Positions 1 to 11,659 of a stretch of DNA of 64,000 nucleotides are shown one piece after another. The stretch lies in assembly GCA_964035545.1 (NCBI GenBank), contig OZ037767.1, forward strand, positions 11,728,581 through 11,792,580. The letters are read 5' to 3'. The first letter of the stretch is position 1. Every line of letters starts with the position of its first letter. The position numbers and the translations under genes were made by a program. The stretch is from Bugula neritina (lineage: Eukaryota; Animalia; Bryozoa). Below the pieces are notes generated by a model that worked only from the letters and a program-made list of their open reading frames with translations, searched no databases and was not told the origin of the DNA.

Positions 1-70
1 GCAACAGTATTTATAATATACTGTTGCACGCTGTTATTTCAAAACTAATAGAGGGTGAAAATCCATTACA
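1..70 (-). repeat. 3' LTR of element A (start of U3, cut by window edge)
   Basis: Minus strand reads PPT then TGTAATGG from position 70. Contains a perfect 10-bp hairpin gcaacagtat-ttataat-atactgttgc (1-27). Confidence 0.85.
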
Positions 71-83
71 TTCTCCCCCCATC
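71..83 (-). promoter_or_regulatory. Polypurine tract of element A
   Basis: Minus strand GATGGGGGGAGAA immediately before the LTR TG. The TTTCGAT motif at its 5' edge recurs at the PPT of element D. Confidence 0.85.
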
Positions 84-3000
84 GAAAAGCATACCCTTTT
101 CGATAACAGAGACAAGGTGTTTGTACAAACAGGTCAAATATGGGGTATCGCCACCTACCTTGGCAAACATTACCCGAAAGAGCTGGGTATCTGTTGTCCA
201 GGTGACTGTGCTGGTCTGGGGGTTGTTGCTTTTGGAGAAGTCCTGTACTGCCAGGGCTATTCTGCAACTGAGACTCGGAGTTTTTACCCGTACTGGGTGT
301 ACCACTCCTCTGAGGGGACATCTCCATGTGTCCCACGTGATAGTCCGCCAGATATCTGGGTGGTTTCCTATCTCTGACTTCTCCCTGAATGGGCAGGCAC
401 TTGTAGTGTCAGTGGCTCTTCAGTTGCCAAAGTAAGGGGGTCCCTGCCTTCACCCGTAATACGGGTGGGGTGTCCTCTCCCGGGAGGGGTGGTGGCTCTA
501 GGGCCTGCTGTTGCTGCCGCCGCTCCTGCCTTTGCTGCTGTCCAAGCTGTTCCAGCAGGGCGGCCTGTTCACGTGCTGCCTCTCTCTGAATGACAATTTC
601 CACCTCTCTGGGTTGGGTGATTCTCCCTCGCTGGTTGGGCTGGCGATTGGGCTCCAAGAGGGGCGGGGCCTGACCCACCGCGTCCGGGCTGGCATGGTAC
701 GGTTTCAGGCGCTGTTCGCTCTGGACCGAGACCTGTCCAGAGCGCTCCACACGGTACGTGTGATTGGGCAGCACCTCCACTACGCAGTAGGGACCGACGA
801 ACTTGGGCTGAAGTTTAGCCGACTGTCCGCGTCGCCTACGGTAGCTCACCATCCGGACCCAGTCTCCCACCTGGTACAACGGGGGCTCCTCTGAGTCCTC
901 TGTGCGGGTCTGCCACTGTTGGGTACGCAGTGCATCATGAGCTTTGCCCATGATGTCTATCAGACCCTCCACGTATTCGTGTACCGGTGACTCGGGGGCA
1001 GGAACATGGTATGTCAGGTGTTCCGGAACCCGCGTCTCTCGGCCTAGCATCAGGAAGTTTGGGGTGTCCTGCATGGCGGAGTGTGGTGTGCTGCGGTAAG
1101 CCCGCATGATTTGCGGCAGCACCACGTCCCATTCTTCCTGACCTCGACCAAGGAGCAGGCTCCTGAGGGCGTCACCCAACATCCTGTTGTTCCGCTCGAC
1201 GACTCCGTTCCCTTGCAGGTGATATGGGGTGGTCCGACTCTGGTTCACCCCCATATCCGGCAGAGGTTTGGTCTCCCATGAGCTGGGACTGGAACTGGGC
1301 ACCCTGGTCCGTATGTATCTGCTCGGGTAAACCGAGGTAACAGAACACATGTTGGTCCAGGGTCCGGGCCACCGTGGGGGCTGTTGCGTCTGGAATAGCC
1401 AGAGCATCTGCCCACCGGGTAAAGTGGTCCGTGAGCACCAGTATCCAAGTGTTCCCTCTGGCGGATAACGGCATAGGCCCGACGAGGTCTACCGCCACTA
1501 CTTGCCACGGTCGACCAGCGTATAACCGGCGTCGACCAGTGGTTTCCGTGGGGCGGCCATGCTTGCTAGCTTGGCAGACCTCGCATTGCCGTACCCGCAG
1601 TCGTATGTCCCGAGTCATTCCAGGCCAATACCAACGCAGCCGCAGACACCTGATGACCCGACTGACTCCAGAATGAGCCTGCTTATGGGTGTCCCAGATC
1701 AGTTCCCGTCGGAGGGCGCGTGGACAGACGACGCGGTCCCTCTCCTGCTGACGGTTGTCTGCTGCTAACGTTATCATCAGGAGGCCATCAGGACTGACCT
1801 TGAGGGCATCCCAGCGACGACAGAGGAGTTGGAACTCAACGTCTCCCTGCCGCTGCTGTTCCTCGCTAGGTCGTCGGCCCTCCTTCTTGGCCCGGAAAAT
1901 GTCCGCTACTGCGCCGGGTAGCGTCTCCTGGAGTCGGCACAGCTCCTCGACATTTTGGTACAGAGTGGGGTTGGCGTGGAGCGCCTGGACACCGTCCTGG
2001 TGGGTTTCGGTCCGAAGATGGCCGTGCTCCCACCGGTAGGCGGTGCCCTCCACTAGCTCTGTTTCCACGTCAAGGCGAGCGGGTCCCCCGTCCCGCTGTT
2101 CAATGTGCAGGCATTGCTTACAGTTCTCTACCGGCCGGCGGCTCATGCCGTCGGCGTTCCCATGCTTCCGGCCTGCACGGTGCTCTATACGGTAAGAGAA
2201 CTCGGCAAGAATCTCTAGCCAACGAGCCACCTGGCTCGAGGGCTCTGCACGTTTACACAGCCATATCAGTGATGCATGGTCTGTTCGCAAACGGAACGAT
2301 TTCCCATACAGATATGGCCGAAAGTGCTTGACCGCCTTGACTACTGCTAGGAGTTCCTTCCTAGTGGTGCAGTAGTTCTTCTCGGCGGCCGCGAGAGTCT
2401 TGCTATAGTAAGCCACGACCACCTCACTTCCACCCTGGACTTGAGACAGGACGGCTCCCACGCTGTGGTCGCTGGCGTCGGTGTCCAGGATGTACTCCTT
2501 GGCTGGATCAGGATACGCCAGGATTGGCGCTTCCATTAGCCGTTGCTTGAGGTGGATGAATGCCTGCTGCTCCTCCTGTGTCCACTGCCACCGGACTCCC
2601 TTTGCGGTCAGCCGATTTAACGGCTGAGCCACTCCTGCGAAACCAGGTATGTACTGCCGGTAGTACCCTACTAGGCCCAGGAATGCACGCAACTCAGGGA
2701 GGTCGCGGGGGACAGTCCACTCCTTCACAGCTTGTACCTTCTCTGGATCGGTAGCGACCCCATCACGGCCAACCACATGGCCCAGGTATGTGACTTCTGG
2801 CTGCAGGAGTGCGCACTTGGAGGGCTTCAGCTTCAGTCCAGCTGCCCGGAGACGGTCAAAGACCTCCCGCAGACGACTGACATGAGTCGAAAAGTCTGGG
2901 GAGATGACAATGACGTCGTCCAGATAGATGAGGAGGGTCTTCCAGTGTAACCCACTGAGGACCTGCTCCATGAGCCGTTGGAAAGTTGCCGGGGCGGACG

Positions 3001-4439
3001 TTAGTCCAAATGGCAGTACTTTCCACTTCCAGAGCCCGTCGCGAGTGATGAACGCTGCTTTGTCCTGGGCATCAGGACTGAGGGGTACCTGCCAGTACCC
3101 GCTAAGCAGATCCAGAGTACTGAAGTACTTGCTACCCGCGAGGGCATCCAAAGACTCATCTATCCGTGGGAGAGGGCAGCCGTCCTGGATGGTAACGCTG
3201 TTGAGTCTGCGGTAGTCCACGCAGAATCTCCAGCTACCATTCTTCTTTTTGACCAGGACTACTGGAGAGCTCCACGCACCGTGGGCAGGCTCAATCAGAT
3301 CTCGGTCGAGAAGATCCTGCACCTGTCGGCTCACCTCCTTCTCTTTCTCCGGGCCTAGACGCCGGGTGGGCTGCCTGATGGGAGTGGTGCCGGCTGCCAG
3401 GGGTATCTCGTGAGAGATAACCTTAGTCAGCCCCATGTCTTCATCGCCACGACTGAAGACATCACTGTACTCCGCGAGTAGTTGAGCCAGTACTTGGCGT
3501 TCAGTACTACTCGTACAGTTGCCACACGCTCCATCGTACAGGTCAGCCATATGCTCCGGGACTGCGCTTCGGCTGGTGCGAGGAGGGTTTCCCTGGGTAT
3601 CGGCCACTGTTTCCAGTGCCGGACCCACATCCGCGTCCTGGATGGAATGGTACTTCCCCACCAGCGCTCCGGCCGATAATCGGACAGGTTCCGTGAAGGG
3701 GTTGATGCACTGCACGAGGAGCTCTTGCCGACAGTTTAGCCGATTCAGGCTGTTTGCTAGTCGGATCGCTCCGTGCGTTCCCTCAACCACCCCCAGGTCA
3801 GCGATCTCCTTGCAGTTGACTCTGCAGCTGAGAGTCGCCTGGGATCTTCTGGAACTGTGCAGTCCCGCACTACCTGGACTCCGCCCACCAAGGGCCTGCC
3901 GAACTTGTCAACACAGATAAGTTCCCTTCCAGCCATCACCACCACCGACTTCTGGAAATCCATGCGGCACTGGTGTTTCTCCAGAAATGGCATTCCCAGG
4001 ATGGCGTCCTTCAGCTGGCTGACTATGAACGTCTCGTGAATCACTTGATCACGGACGCGTCCAGGTAGCGTAATAACGCCGTAAAAAGGGATGCTTGATC
4101 CGTCCGCCAACGTACCATGCGCACCTTCGTACGGCTCGAGGCTCGCCCGCTCTCGGGCGCCAAGGGTGTCAAAGAGACGCCTACTCAGCAGGTTTGTAGT
4201 GCACCCAGTGTCCAGTAGGAATGTGGCAGCTTTACCCGAAATTTTTCCGGGTAGGAAGTAGCTGCTTCCATACGGTTGGGTGCTCCTGGAGCGGTTAGTC
4301 TCTGGGGGAGACACAACTTGAGTCCGCACAGCGGGCCTCCTCATTGTCTTAGAGACAACGGGGGTGTTCTGAGGTCGGGAGGGCAGCTTGGGGTACTCTT
4401 GCGAGTAAGCTGAGTCCTCCTCCGCAACTTCCTCGGGCA

Positions 4440-4620
4440 ACCCCGCGAACCGGTTGTGGAGTGGCCAGGCCGGAGGATCGGGTAGACCTTGCGGTCTCCG
4501 AGATCTCCGAGGTGCCTGCCATCCTGTGCCTTCTGACGCTATCCGGGTCTTGAGTGGCATGGCCGGAGAATCGGGTAAACCTTTCGGTTTCCGAGATCTC
4601 CGAGGTGCCTGCCACCCCAT
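4440..4620 (-). repeat. 93-bp in-frame tandem duplication in the gag-protease spacer
   Basis: ccgagatctccgaggtgcctgcca at 4498 and 4591; peptide GWQAPRRSR.P.GLPD.PA.PL occurs twice. Confidence 0.9.
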
Positions 4621-4659
4621 ATCGTCAGACTCTGTAGAGGTCTTCTTGGTCACTCTCTG

Positions 4660-4731
4660 ACCACTCCCCTTGATGGGGTTTGCTGGGGGCCCACGTTCGG
4701 CGGAAGTTACCGTGAGCCTCAGTTGTTTAAA
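4660..4731 (-). promoter_or_regulatory. -1 programmed ribosomal frameshift signal (U_UUA_AAC + predicted pseudoknot)
   Basis: Heptamer TTTAAAC (4731-4725) in the gag frame, 6-nt spacer, stem GGCTCACG/CGTGGGCC, loop ACTTCC complementary to downstream GGGAGT. pol is in the -1 frame. Confidence 0.88.
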
Positions 4732-5639
4732 GGCAGGCTGCCTTTGGGGCAGTGTCTCTTCACATGCCCAGATGCTCCACATCCCCAGCAGGTAAGCTGC
4801 GAGGGGCGGACAGGGTCGTCCCGTATTCGGGGAGCCCGCCTATCTGCCTGGTTCCGTTGTAGTTCGGTTACCGTAGCCTGCAGACCCTTCACCATGTCCA
4901 CCAACACGGCGAGCTGCGCCTGTTCCGGCGACTGGGTCGTCGCTGCCGACACTTGTGGTGTTGCGGGTGTGGCGTTCTCTGGGTTCCCCTCAGCTACCTG
5001 ATGGGCGGTGAAGCTTTTCTCTTGAAGCCCTTCTACCTGGAAATATGACTTACCCATCTCCAGGGCTTCCTCCAAGGTGCGAACTTTGGCGGCCAACCAG
5101 TAGCGTTGCAGGCCAGAGTCGTTGACGCTTTTAAAGAACGCGTTGTACACCAGGCGCTTCCTCTCTGCACCTGTGGCGTGGCTGTAAGCAGCCTGGGCCA
5201 ACCGTTCCACCGTATTGGCATGTTCTTCCAATGTCGTCCTGCGGTTTCGCCTCAGTGCCTGTAGGCGATCCACAGCCTCCTCGGCTGTCCGGCCGAACCG
5301 GGCCCTGAGGGCCTGCAGGTTATGGGCTTCATCAGGCCCAAGAGCAAAGCTCTTTGCCTGGCCTGTCAAACAGGACCGGAGTTGAAGTATGCGCACCGCG
5401 GCTGGCCATTCAGCGATGGTGGCCACATCTTCAAACTCGCGGATGAACTGCTCCACATCCTCCTCCCCTCCGAAATTCGGGAGCTTGAGGCGGTACCTGT
5501 CACCCGGTGGCGCCTGACTTGGCTCCCGCAATCCCTGGAGGGCTGCAACCAAAGCCTCTACCGTGAGGGTTGGTGTCTCCATCTCCGTTGCCCCAAGGGC
5601 TGTTTCCCCTGGCGGAGCCATCTCGTTCCCCTTTGGCAA
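4719..5639 (-). CDS. gag: gypsy Gag (capsid + CCHC zinc knuckle); likely ATG at 5621
   Basis: 306-aa ORF with KLPNFGGEEDVEQFIREFE capsid-like motif and CWGCGASGHVKRHC knuckle, just downstream of the PBS. Confidence 0.93.
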   Translation of the reverse strand: MPKGNEMAPPGETALGATEMETPTLTVEALVAALQGLREPSQAPPGDRYRLKLPNFGGEEDVEQFIREFEDVATIAEWPAAVRILQLRSCLTGQAKSFALGPDEAHNLQALRARFGRTAEEAVDRLQALRRNRRTTLEEHANTVERLAQAAYSHATGAERKRLVYNAFFKSVNDSGLQRYWLAAKVRTLEEALEMGKSYFQVEGLQEKSFTAHQVAEGNPENATPATPQVSAATTQSPEQAQLAVLVDMVKGLQATVTELQRNQADRRAPRIRDDPVRPSQLTCWGCGASGHVKRHCPKGSLPLNN

Positions 5640-5652
5640 CTAGTTATTCGAA

Positions 5653-5670
5653 ATCCCACCGCTGCCACCA
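5653..5670 (-). promoter_or_regulatory. Primer-binding site, tRNA-Leu
   Basis: Minus strand TGGTGGCAGCGGTGGGAT, complementary to the 3' end (ATCCCACCGCTGCCA-CCA) of metazoan tRNA-Leu(AAG/TAG type); 1 nt from the LTR CA end. Confidence 0.92.
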
Positions 5671-5671
5671 A

Positions 5672-5864
5672 TGTGATATTTTTGTGGGTTGAATAGAACT
5701 AGTGCCTGAACATACTCTTTGTTAGAGAGAACAAGATGTATTGTATAGTTGAAGAAATCTTTATTTAGTCGAATAATATATAATAGTGAAGGTCCTCTGC
5801 CAGTGAGCTCCAGTAGTAGACTAAACTACACTGGAGCTCGCTGGCTTTCATATACAACAAGAGA
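5672..5864 (-). repeat. 5' LTR of element A (R/U5 part only)
   Basis: Ends ..ATATCACA next to the PBS; AATAAA on the minus strand near 5760; interrupted at about 5865. Confidence 0.75.
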
Positions 5865-6004
5865 TAGGGTTTTTCCTTTGTTGCCGAGATCGGAGGTCCG
5901 AAACGCCGAATTTCGGCATTTCGGCAGTCCGAAACACCGACTTTCGGCATTTTGGGGCTTTCGGTAGCCCGAAATGCCGACTATCGGTACTTCGGCATTT
6001 CGGA
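5865..6004. mobile_element. Probable DNA-transposon (hAT-like) end with palindromic CCGAAA/TTTCGG subterminal repeats
   Basis: Starts TAGGG; 5897-6004 consists of nested inverted CCGAAAYRCCGA/TCGGCATTTCGG units. No partner end or TSD found. Confidence 0.45.
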
Positions 6005-7178
6005 AAGCGGACAGGAGGAATGGGATACAGTGATTTCGCAGGTCATGCGGGCTTACTGCAGCACCTCCCACACCCGTATTGGTAAAACTCCCAACCTCTT
6101 GATGCTTGGTCGAGAGACCAGGGTCTCTGACCACCTGGCCTATCACGTTCCCAACTTTAATAACTCTGTACATGAGTGAGTGGGGAGCTGGTAGAGCGTA
6201 TGAGGGCAGCACACGAAATTTTTCGAGAGAAGCAATGGTAGGTACGGGCCGAGGACTCTGATGAGCCTCCCCGCTATCACGTGGGAGACTGGGTCTGGAT
6301 GGCCAACTACCGGAGGCGCCGCGAACAAGCAGCTAAGTTACAGCCCAAGTTCGTCAGACCTTACTTGGTAGTCAAGGCTATGCCCAAAGAGACATACAAG
6401 GTCGAACGCTCGAGACAGGTGTTCATCCAGAATGAGGTTCGGCTGAAACCGTATTGAGCTATCTCCATGCGGTAGGTGGAGCACCCCCGTTGCTTGAGCC
6501 TAGGAGGCAGACGGCAACGCGGGGGCGAATACGACACAGACCGAAATATGAAGTGATCGTGCCACTGGGCAGGAATGTGGTAAGAGACGAGGAACCACCT
6601 CCTCCCCCGGAGGAAAGACTGCCGCCTCTAGCAGCCACTCCAGTCCTGTCACACCCTGCGCCTGATTCGGGCCAGGAGGCGGGGGACCCACCCTGAACAA
6701 CGAGGCAGAGGCCAGTAGTGGCTCCCTCGCTCAGGCGGCTTCCCCGTGTATCCTGCGGGTCCACCCAAGGAGGCTCCGCTGTTTCTGGAAAAAAATCAGC
6801 GGCCGCGGCGATCCCCGCTTTACTGCAAAACGGTAGATCAACGAGTCAAGCAGTGGGCCCCGCGGGAGTTGCTGCAGGCAGCGTGGGAGTTGTGCACTCA
6901 AGGGCGAGAGTGACTTTTGCAAGCACGGAACTGTGAACGGAATTAATCCGCCAATCGTGCAAAGTCCGAGTCAAATACAACAAACATGTTGCCTGGCTTT
7001 TTCACACGCCAATGCAGTTAAAGCTGAACGTTCTCGTGTTAGTAGCTAACTAGGTTGACTACATGTAATTTTTTCGATTATTGTACTCTTTTGTTCTTTT
7101 ATATGTATACTGATTTTATGGTGTGTAATTGACTTCAATACAGTTTTGCGTTACTCGATCAACTCGTTTAATTCTCTA
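6005..7178 (+). mobile_element. Degenerate gypsy 3' fragment B (integrase C-terminus + LTR remnant)
   Basis: GQEEWDTVISQVMRAYCSTSH..GKTPNLLMLGRETRV is homologous to element A integrase. 6940-7175 aligns loosely with the reverse complement of the LTR at 9777-10230 (ccaatcgtgc, tagtagcta, gatcaact anchors). Confidence 0.85.
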
Positions 7179-9760
7179 CTGCCCGCACGTCGATCGAAAA
7201 CTTTTCTCAGACGACTGGTATGAGTCGTGAAGTCTGGAGAAGTCACAATGAAATCATTGAAGTACATGAGCGGCGTCTTCCAGTGGAGTCCACTGAGGAC
7301 CTGTTCCATGAGTCTTTGAAAGGTGGCCGGGGTGGAGGTCAAGCCGAACGGCAACATCTTCTATTTCCAGAGCCTGTCCCACGTTATGAACGCAGTCTTA
7401 TCCTGGGCGTCAAGACTAAAGGGGACCTGCCAGTACCCGCTAAGCAAGTCTAGAGTGCTGAAGTACTTGCTACCAACGAGGGTGTCCAGAGACTCATCAA
7501 TGCCGGGAAGGAGGTATGCGTCCTGTATGGTTACGCTATTGAGCTTGCGATAGTCCTCACAGAACCGCCAACTCCCATCTTTCTTCTAGACCAAAATGAC
7601 CAGTGAGCTCCACGCAGTATGTGCTGGCTCTATGAGGCCGTGGTCTAGAAGATCCCGGATTTGTCGGCTTACCTCTTTCTCCTTTTCCAGTCTCAACCTA
7701 CGTGTAGGTTGCCGGATCGAGACCGTTCCCGCAACCAGGGGAATCTCATGATGGGCAGCCTGAGTCAGGCCCACGTCATGGTTCCCACTGCTGAACACCT
7801 CCTTGTACACACGCAGCAACTTCGCTAAAACCAGGCATTCCTCGTCGCTCGTGCAGCCTTGACAGGCTTCCTCGTACAAGTATCTGACGTGTTTCGGGAA
7901 TTGCCCCGACTTCCTCGTGGAGGTCGACAGGGGTTATCTGTCGTCTCGCCCAACAATGGCCCCACATTTCCTTCTTGGACTGGGTGAAACCGGCCCGCCA
8001 TGGACCCAGCCGCCAGCTCCACCGACTCCGTGAAGAGGTTGATGCACCACACTAAGAACTCTCCTCGCGTAGTCAGCTAGTCTAAGCTGCTGGCGAGTTG
8101 GATTCTATCCTGAGCACCCTCCACCACTCCTAGTCCGGAGATCCGCCTATTATTCACCCTGCAGTAAATGGTGGCGCGGGAACGTCCAGGTATTGTACAG
8201 CTCCGTACTACCTGTACACCCCCCACAAGTGGACGGCCAAACTTGTCGACACAGCCATAACCATCACAGACTTGCTACAGTCAATATGGCATTCGTGTCT
8301 CTTCAAAAATGACATCCCGGAGATAGCATCCAGACCAGCTTGGTCTCTAGTGCTTAGGGTGTCAAAGAGCTGGCGGCTTAGGAGGTTAGTGGTACACCCT
8401 GAATCCAGCAAAAAAGGTAACAGCTTTATCGGCTACTTTGCCTGGTAAGAAGTAGCTGCCACCATAGGGTTGTACTCGCACTCTTTTATTGCGCTCAGTC
8501 TTTGCAGGGGACACCTCTCTTGCTTTGAGCATAGGCTGGGGTTGTGTCCGACGGTTGTGAACAGCTCTTTGAGGAGGAGGAAGCATTCCACCAGATGCTT
8601 AGTCCTGTTCTCCCTCAGACTCCGGCTCACACAACTCGCCGAAGCTATTTTGGAGTGGCAAGGTGAAGGTAGCAGGCCGGCCGTACTGCTTGTCTGTTTG
8701 TCGTGGCACCTGCCACTTCTGTGGGGTTGCTCGTCGCGTCCGTACAGACTGCTGACGGCTCCCCCGCGGTGTGAGTCTCATCTTCGGCCCGCAGTAGGCA
8801 AAAACATCCGCGGGCTGCGAGAGTTTAACTTTCTTCTCATCAAGGGACACTCCGGGCGAAGGTGCCCGCAGTCGCCACATTTCCAGCATCTGGCAGCTGG
8901 TCGTCCTGGCGGCGCCGCCCTGACCTCGAGGGTCTGTGGCCAGGGCCCGCCATCTTCGACTAAGCCAGCGCCGCTACCAGCTTCTCCACCATCTCCGTCA
9001 TACGAGTGACCTCAGAGTCCAGTGAAAAACCTATAGCGGCCGCTGCTCTGTGAGCAGTCGGTGAAGAGTCGTAGTGATCTTCTGAGGGATCTACAGCTTG
9101 ATGTGAGCTCACGAGGCCTCTATGTAGCTGGGTAGCCAACAGGTAAACCTCACTTTCACGCAGTGTGTCTCCAACCGTCGCGACTCCTCTCGCCAGAAAC
9201 TGGTGATTGAGACCGAGGTCATTTATCAACTGAACAAAAGCGTCAAAAGTGTACCGCTCCTGGTTGATAGGTGACAAGTTGCTGTACGCGATCTGTGCCA
9301 ATTTGTTGACCATTGCGGCATGCTCCTGTAGGGAGGTGCACAAGTCGCGCTGAATTCCTTGTAGACAGACCCGGCATCTATAGCTGAGATGCCAAATCAG
9401 GCCCGTAGTGCGGCAAAGATACCGTAGACGTGGAGTCCTAGCCCATAGGGCTTGGCCTTATCTGTCAATGCCAGCTGCAATCGTAACACAGCTACACGGG
9501 GTGGCCACTGGTTGACGGCCACCACATCACTGAATTCCTGGATAAATTTTTCAACATCCTCACGGCCAGTAAAGACAGGGGCTTTCAGGCGGCACCTGTG
9601 AGCCTCCTCGCCTCATGGCACTGGTTTCTCTCGAACAACTGAATTTGTAGGCTCACCTTCATTACGTTGTGAAGGTGGTACAGGTCCTACTGCCACAGCG
9701 GGTACTCCATTGTAATCCTGATTTACTGTCCAGATAGCAGTTGCATTGCACACAAAAGTT

Positions 9761-9775
9761 CCACCGCTGCCACCA
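9761..9775 (-). promoter_or_regulatory. Primer-binding site, tRNA-Leu (element C)
   Basis: Minus strand TGGTGGCAGCGGTGG, 1 nt after the LTR end ..CTACAACA. Confidence 0.88.
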
Positions 9776-9776
9776 C

Positions 9777-10230
9777 TGTTGTAGTTTTGTGCAGTACTAG
9801 ATCGGTGGTATTGTGTGAAAGTACTACTGCATGTATACTGTGAGGTTATATTAGAAACCGAGCAAGTTGATCATGGAACTAGAGAATTGTATTTAAATAA
9901 AAGTTACACGAGTAAAACTGAGATACATAAAACAAGAAGAATATACAAGAGTTAGTTTGCCTACATATAGTTATCCCGATAGCTACTAGTACTGTCCGAG
10001 ACTGACTGTGGGCGCCGGAAGGCGTTGCTTATAAGTGCGTGATCGCCCCTGATTGGTTGACATAGATCTCCGTATTATTGTCCGTATTACCTGACGGTGC
10101 GGTTGCATGTAGAGACGGCACGATTGGAATAGAGACGGCATGACTTGGAGTTGCCGTTCCTGACCATAATCTATTACTCTATGTTTAGCAGGGGACACTG
10201 GAGGGTCTACTTTTGCTAGCCATTACCATA
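9777..10230 (-). repeat. 5' LTR of element C (outer boundary approximate)
   Basis: The ACAACA end abuts the PBS. The outer end is inferred at TATGG (mutated TGTGG?), giving ~450 bp, similar to the LTR of element D. Confidence 0.6.
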
Positions 10231-11659
10231 TTCATTTAAAAAAACAATTTTCTTGCTTATATTAACACTAAAAGCAACCTTTCCAGTATAACGGGAAAAT
10301 TTAAAGGGCGGAAACAGTCATAATCTTACATCCGCACCAAATAATTCATTCGTGCTTTTGAAAGTACAAAATGAAAAAAGTTGTGAGTCAAAGCCAAACT
10401 GATTATTAGTGATCAGTTAGTAATTCTACTGGACTAAGACTACGCCTATAGTTACTACTAGTACTATTACTACGAATAGTAATTTTACTATTTATAAGCA
10501 ATTTATTTTTCGCAAGCTTTGATTATTGGTGATAAATAGTAGTCCGGTAATAGTAATAGTAATAAAATCAAAATGCCATTACATGATCATGATGATGATA
10601 TGCCTTGATTAGTTGATAATAATAACTGCTGAAAACTTAAACTATTTGTGATACTGATACCAGTAGAAAGAAACTGTAAGTTTAAGTCTAAAGCTATCTG
10701 ACTCTAGTACAGTAGTAGTATTCAGAATATGAAATTGAGTATGAGCTACGAATGTCATATTGATATTCAATTTCATTTTATGTTTACACTCGTCCGATCA
10801 TTAATCATAATCATAAAGAGTTTAATGGCGCTGAAAGTACACAAGAAAAGAATGAAATTTGTAAAAAAACAACTCTTTCAAAAAGCTTACAGTAAAAATT
10901 TGACACCTTATAGTTATTAACCTTATTTATTTTGATTTCTGTGATCAATCGTCAAATTTCCACGACCATTTTACAGTTTTACAATTACTAGACTTAGCTC
11001 ACATTAAAACATTTCTCACTAAATAAAACATATACCTTTAATGGTTTTTTAACATTGAGTTATTATTTATTGATTTTTCATCTATTTAATTTTGCTTATA
11101 TACCCCCTAAAAATAGTAAACTGTCTTCAGTTATATTGTCTTATACTAAGCAATTACTGTCCTTAAGTAACTCTAAGTAGTTATATTTATTGCAATGTAA
11201 TAAGCAATTATTATTTTATAGTCAATTATATATTTTATTTAGCCTTTATTTTATTTAGAAAAAAATGTTTGTATTACGCAGCGTATAGTATTGTTGTAAG
11301 TTCATGTTTTGTATAAATTGCACTGTGTGGGTTACTGAGAGTTAGCTAAGAGCATGTATCCTTAAGTGTGTGAGTGTGTCAGAAAGTCAAGAGATGATAA
11401 TCCAATAAAGTTATGATCCAGTATTTATTTATAATAAGCATTATCCAAGCTAAAAAGCTACATGATTAAAGAATTACATCGAATCAAAAAACAAAACTAC
11501 TATGAAAAACTAGACTAGATAACATTGTAGAGCTGGCACAGGGCCTGTTATTTACACCTGTCCAGCATTCACTTTAGCGTACAGTTAACATAAACAAATC
11601 CAAGTGGGCCACTAGCCAATAATAGCCAATAATAGTTTGCCCAATATGTTCCTGTAAGC

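Larger units (their letters stand above)
409..4731 (-). pseudogene. pol: gypsy pol (PR-RT-RNaseH-IN) broken by indels near 3850 and 1250-1275
   Basis: Three overlapping ORFs (3757-4782 PR, 1172-3790 RT/RH/IN, 409-1407 IN C-terminus). Comparison with element D points to a 1-nt loss near 3850, and a CAAAC insertion plus a G loss in the integrase core. Confidence 0.93.
1..5864 (-). mobile_element. Ty3/gypsy LTR retrotransposon A (near full-length, frameshifted pol, 5' LTR truncated)
   Basis: Minus-strand order: LTR end (..ATATCACA), PBS, gag, protease (LLDTG), RT (YLDD), RNase H (DAS), integrase (HKQAH..C..C, VDLVG, HTDQG), PPT, TG-starting LTR. The PR-RT-RH-IN order defines Ty3/gypsy. Confidence 0.97.
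7180..10230 (-). mobile_element. Degenerate gypsy element C (5' LTR, PBS, gag, PR, RT; truncated within RT)
   Basis: gag pieces with CWKCGDCGHLRPEC knuckle, LDSGCTTNLLS protease, LPFGLTSTPATFQRLM RT; many stops and frameshifts; frameshift heptamer GTTAAAC at 8829-8823. Confidence 0.92.

Noticed and set aside
24-5696. Numerous plus-strand ORFs over the gypsy elements
   Set aside because: Antisense shadows of GC-rich gag/pol with no recognisable motifs.
9777-9800. 15-nt match between the LTR C end (TACTGCACAAAACTA) and ribozyme-B fragments
   Set aside because: No CUGANGA core in the LTR; treated as coincidence.
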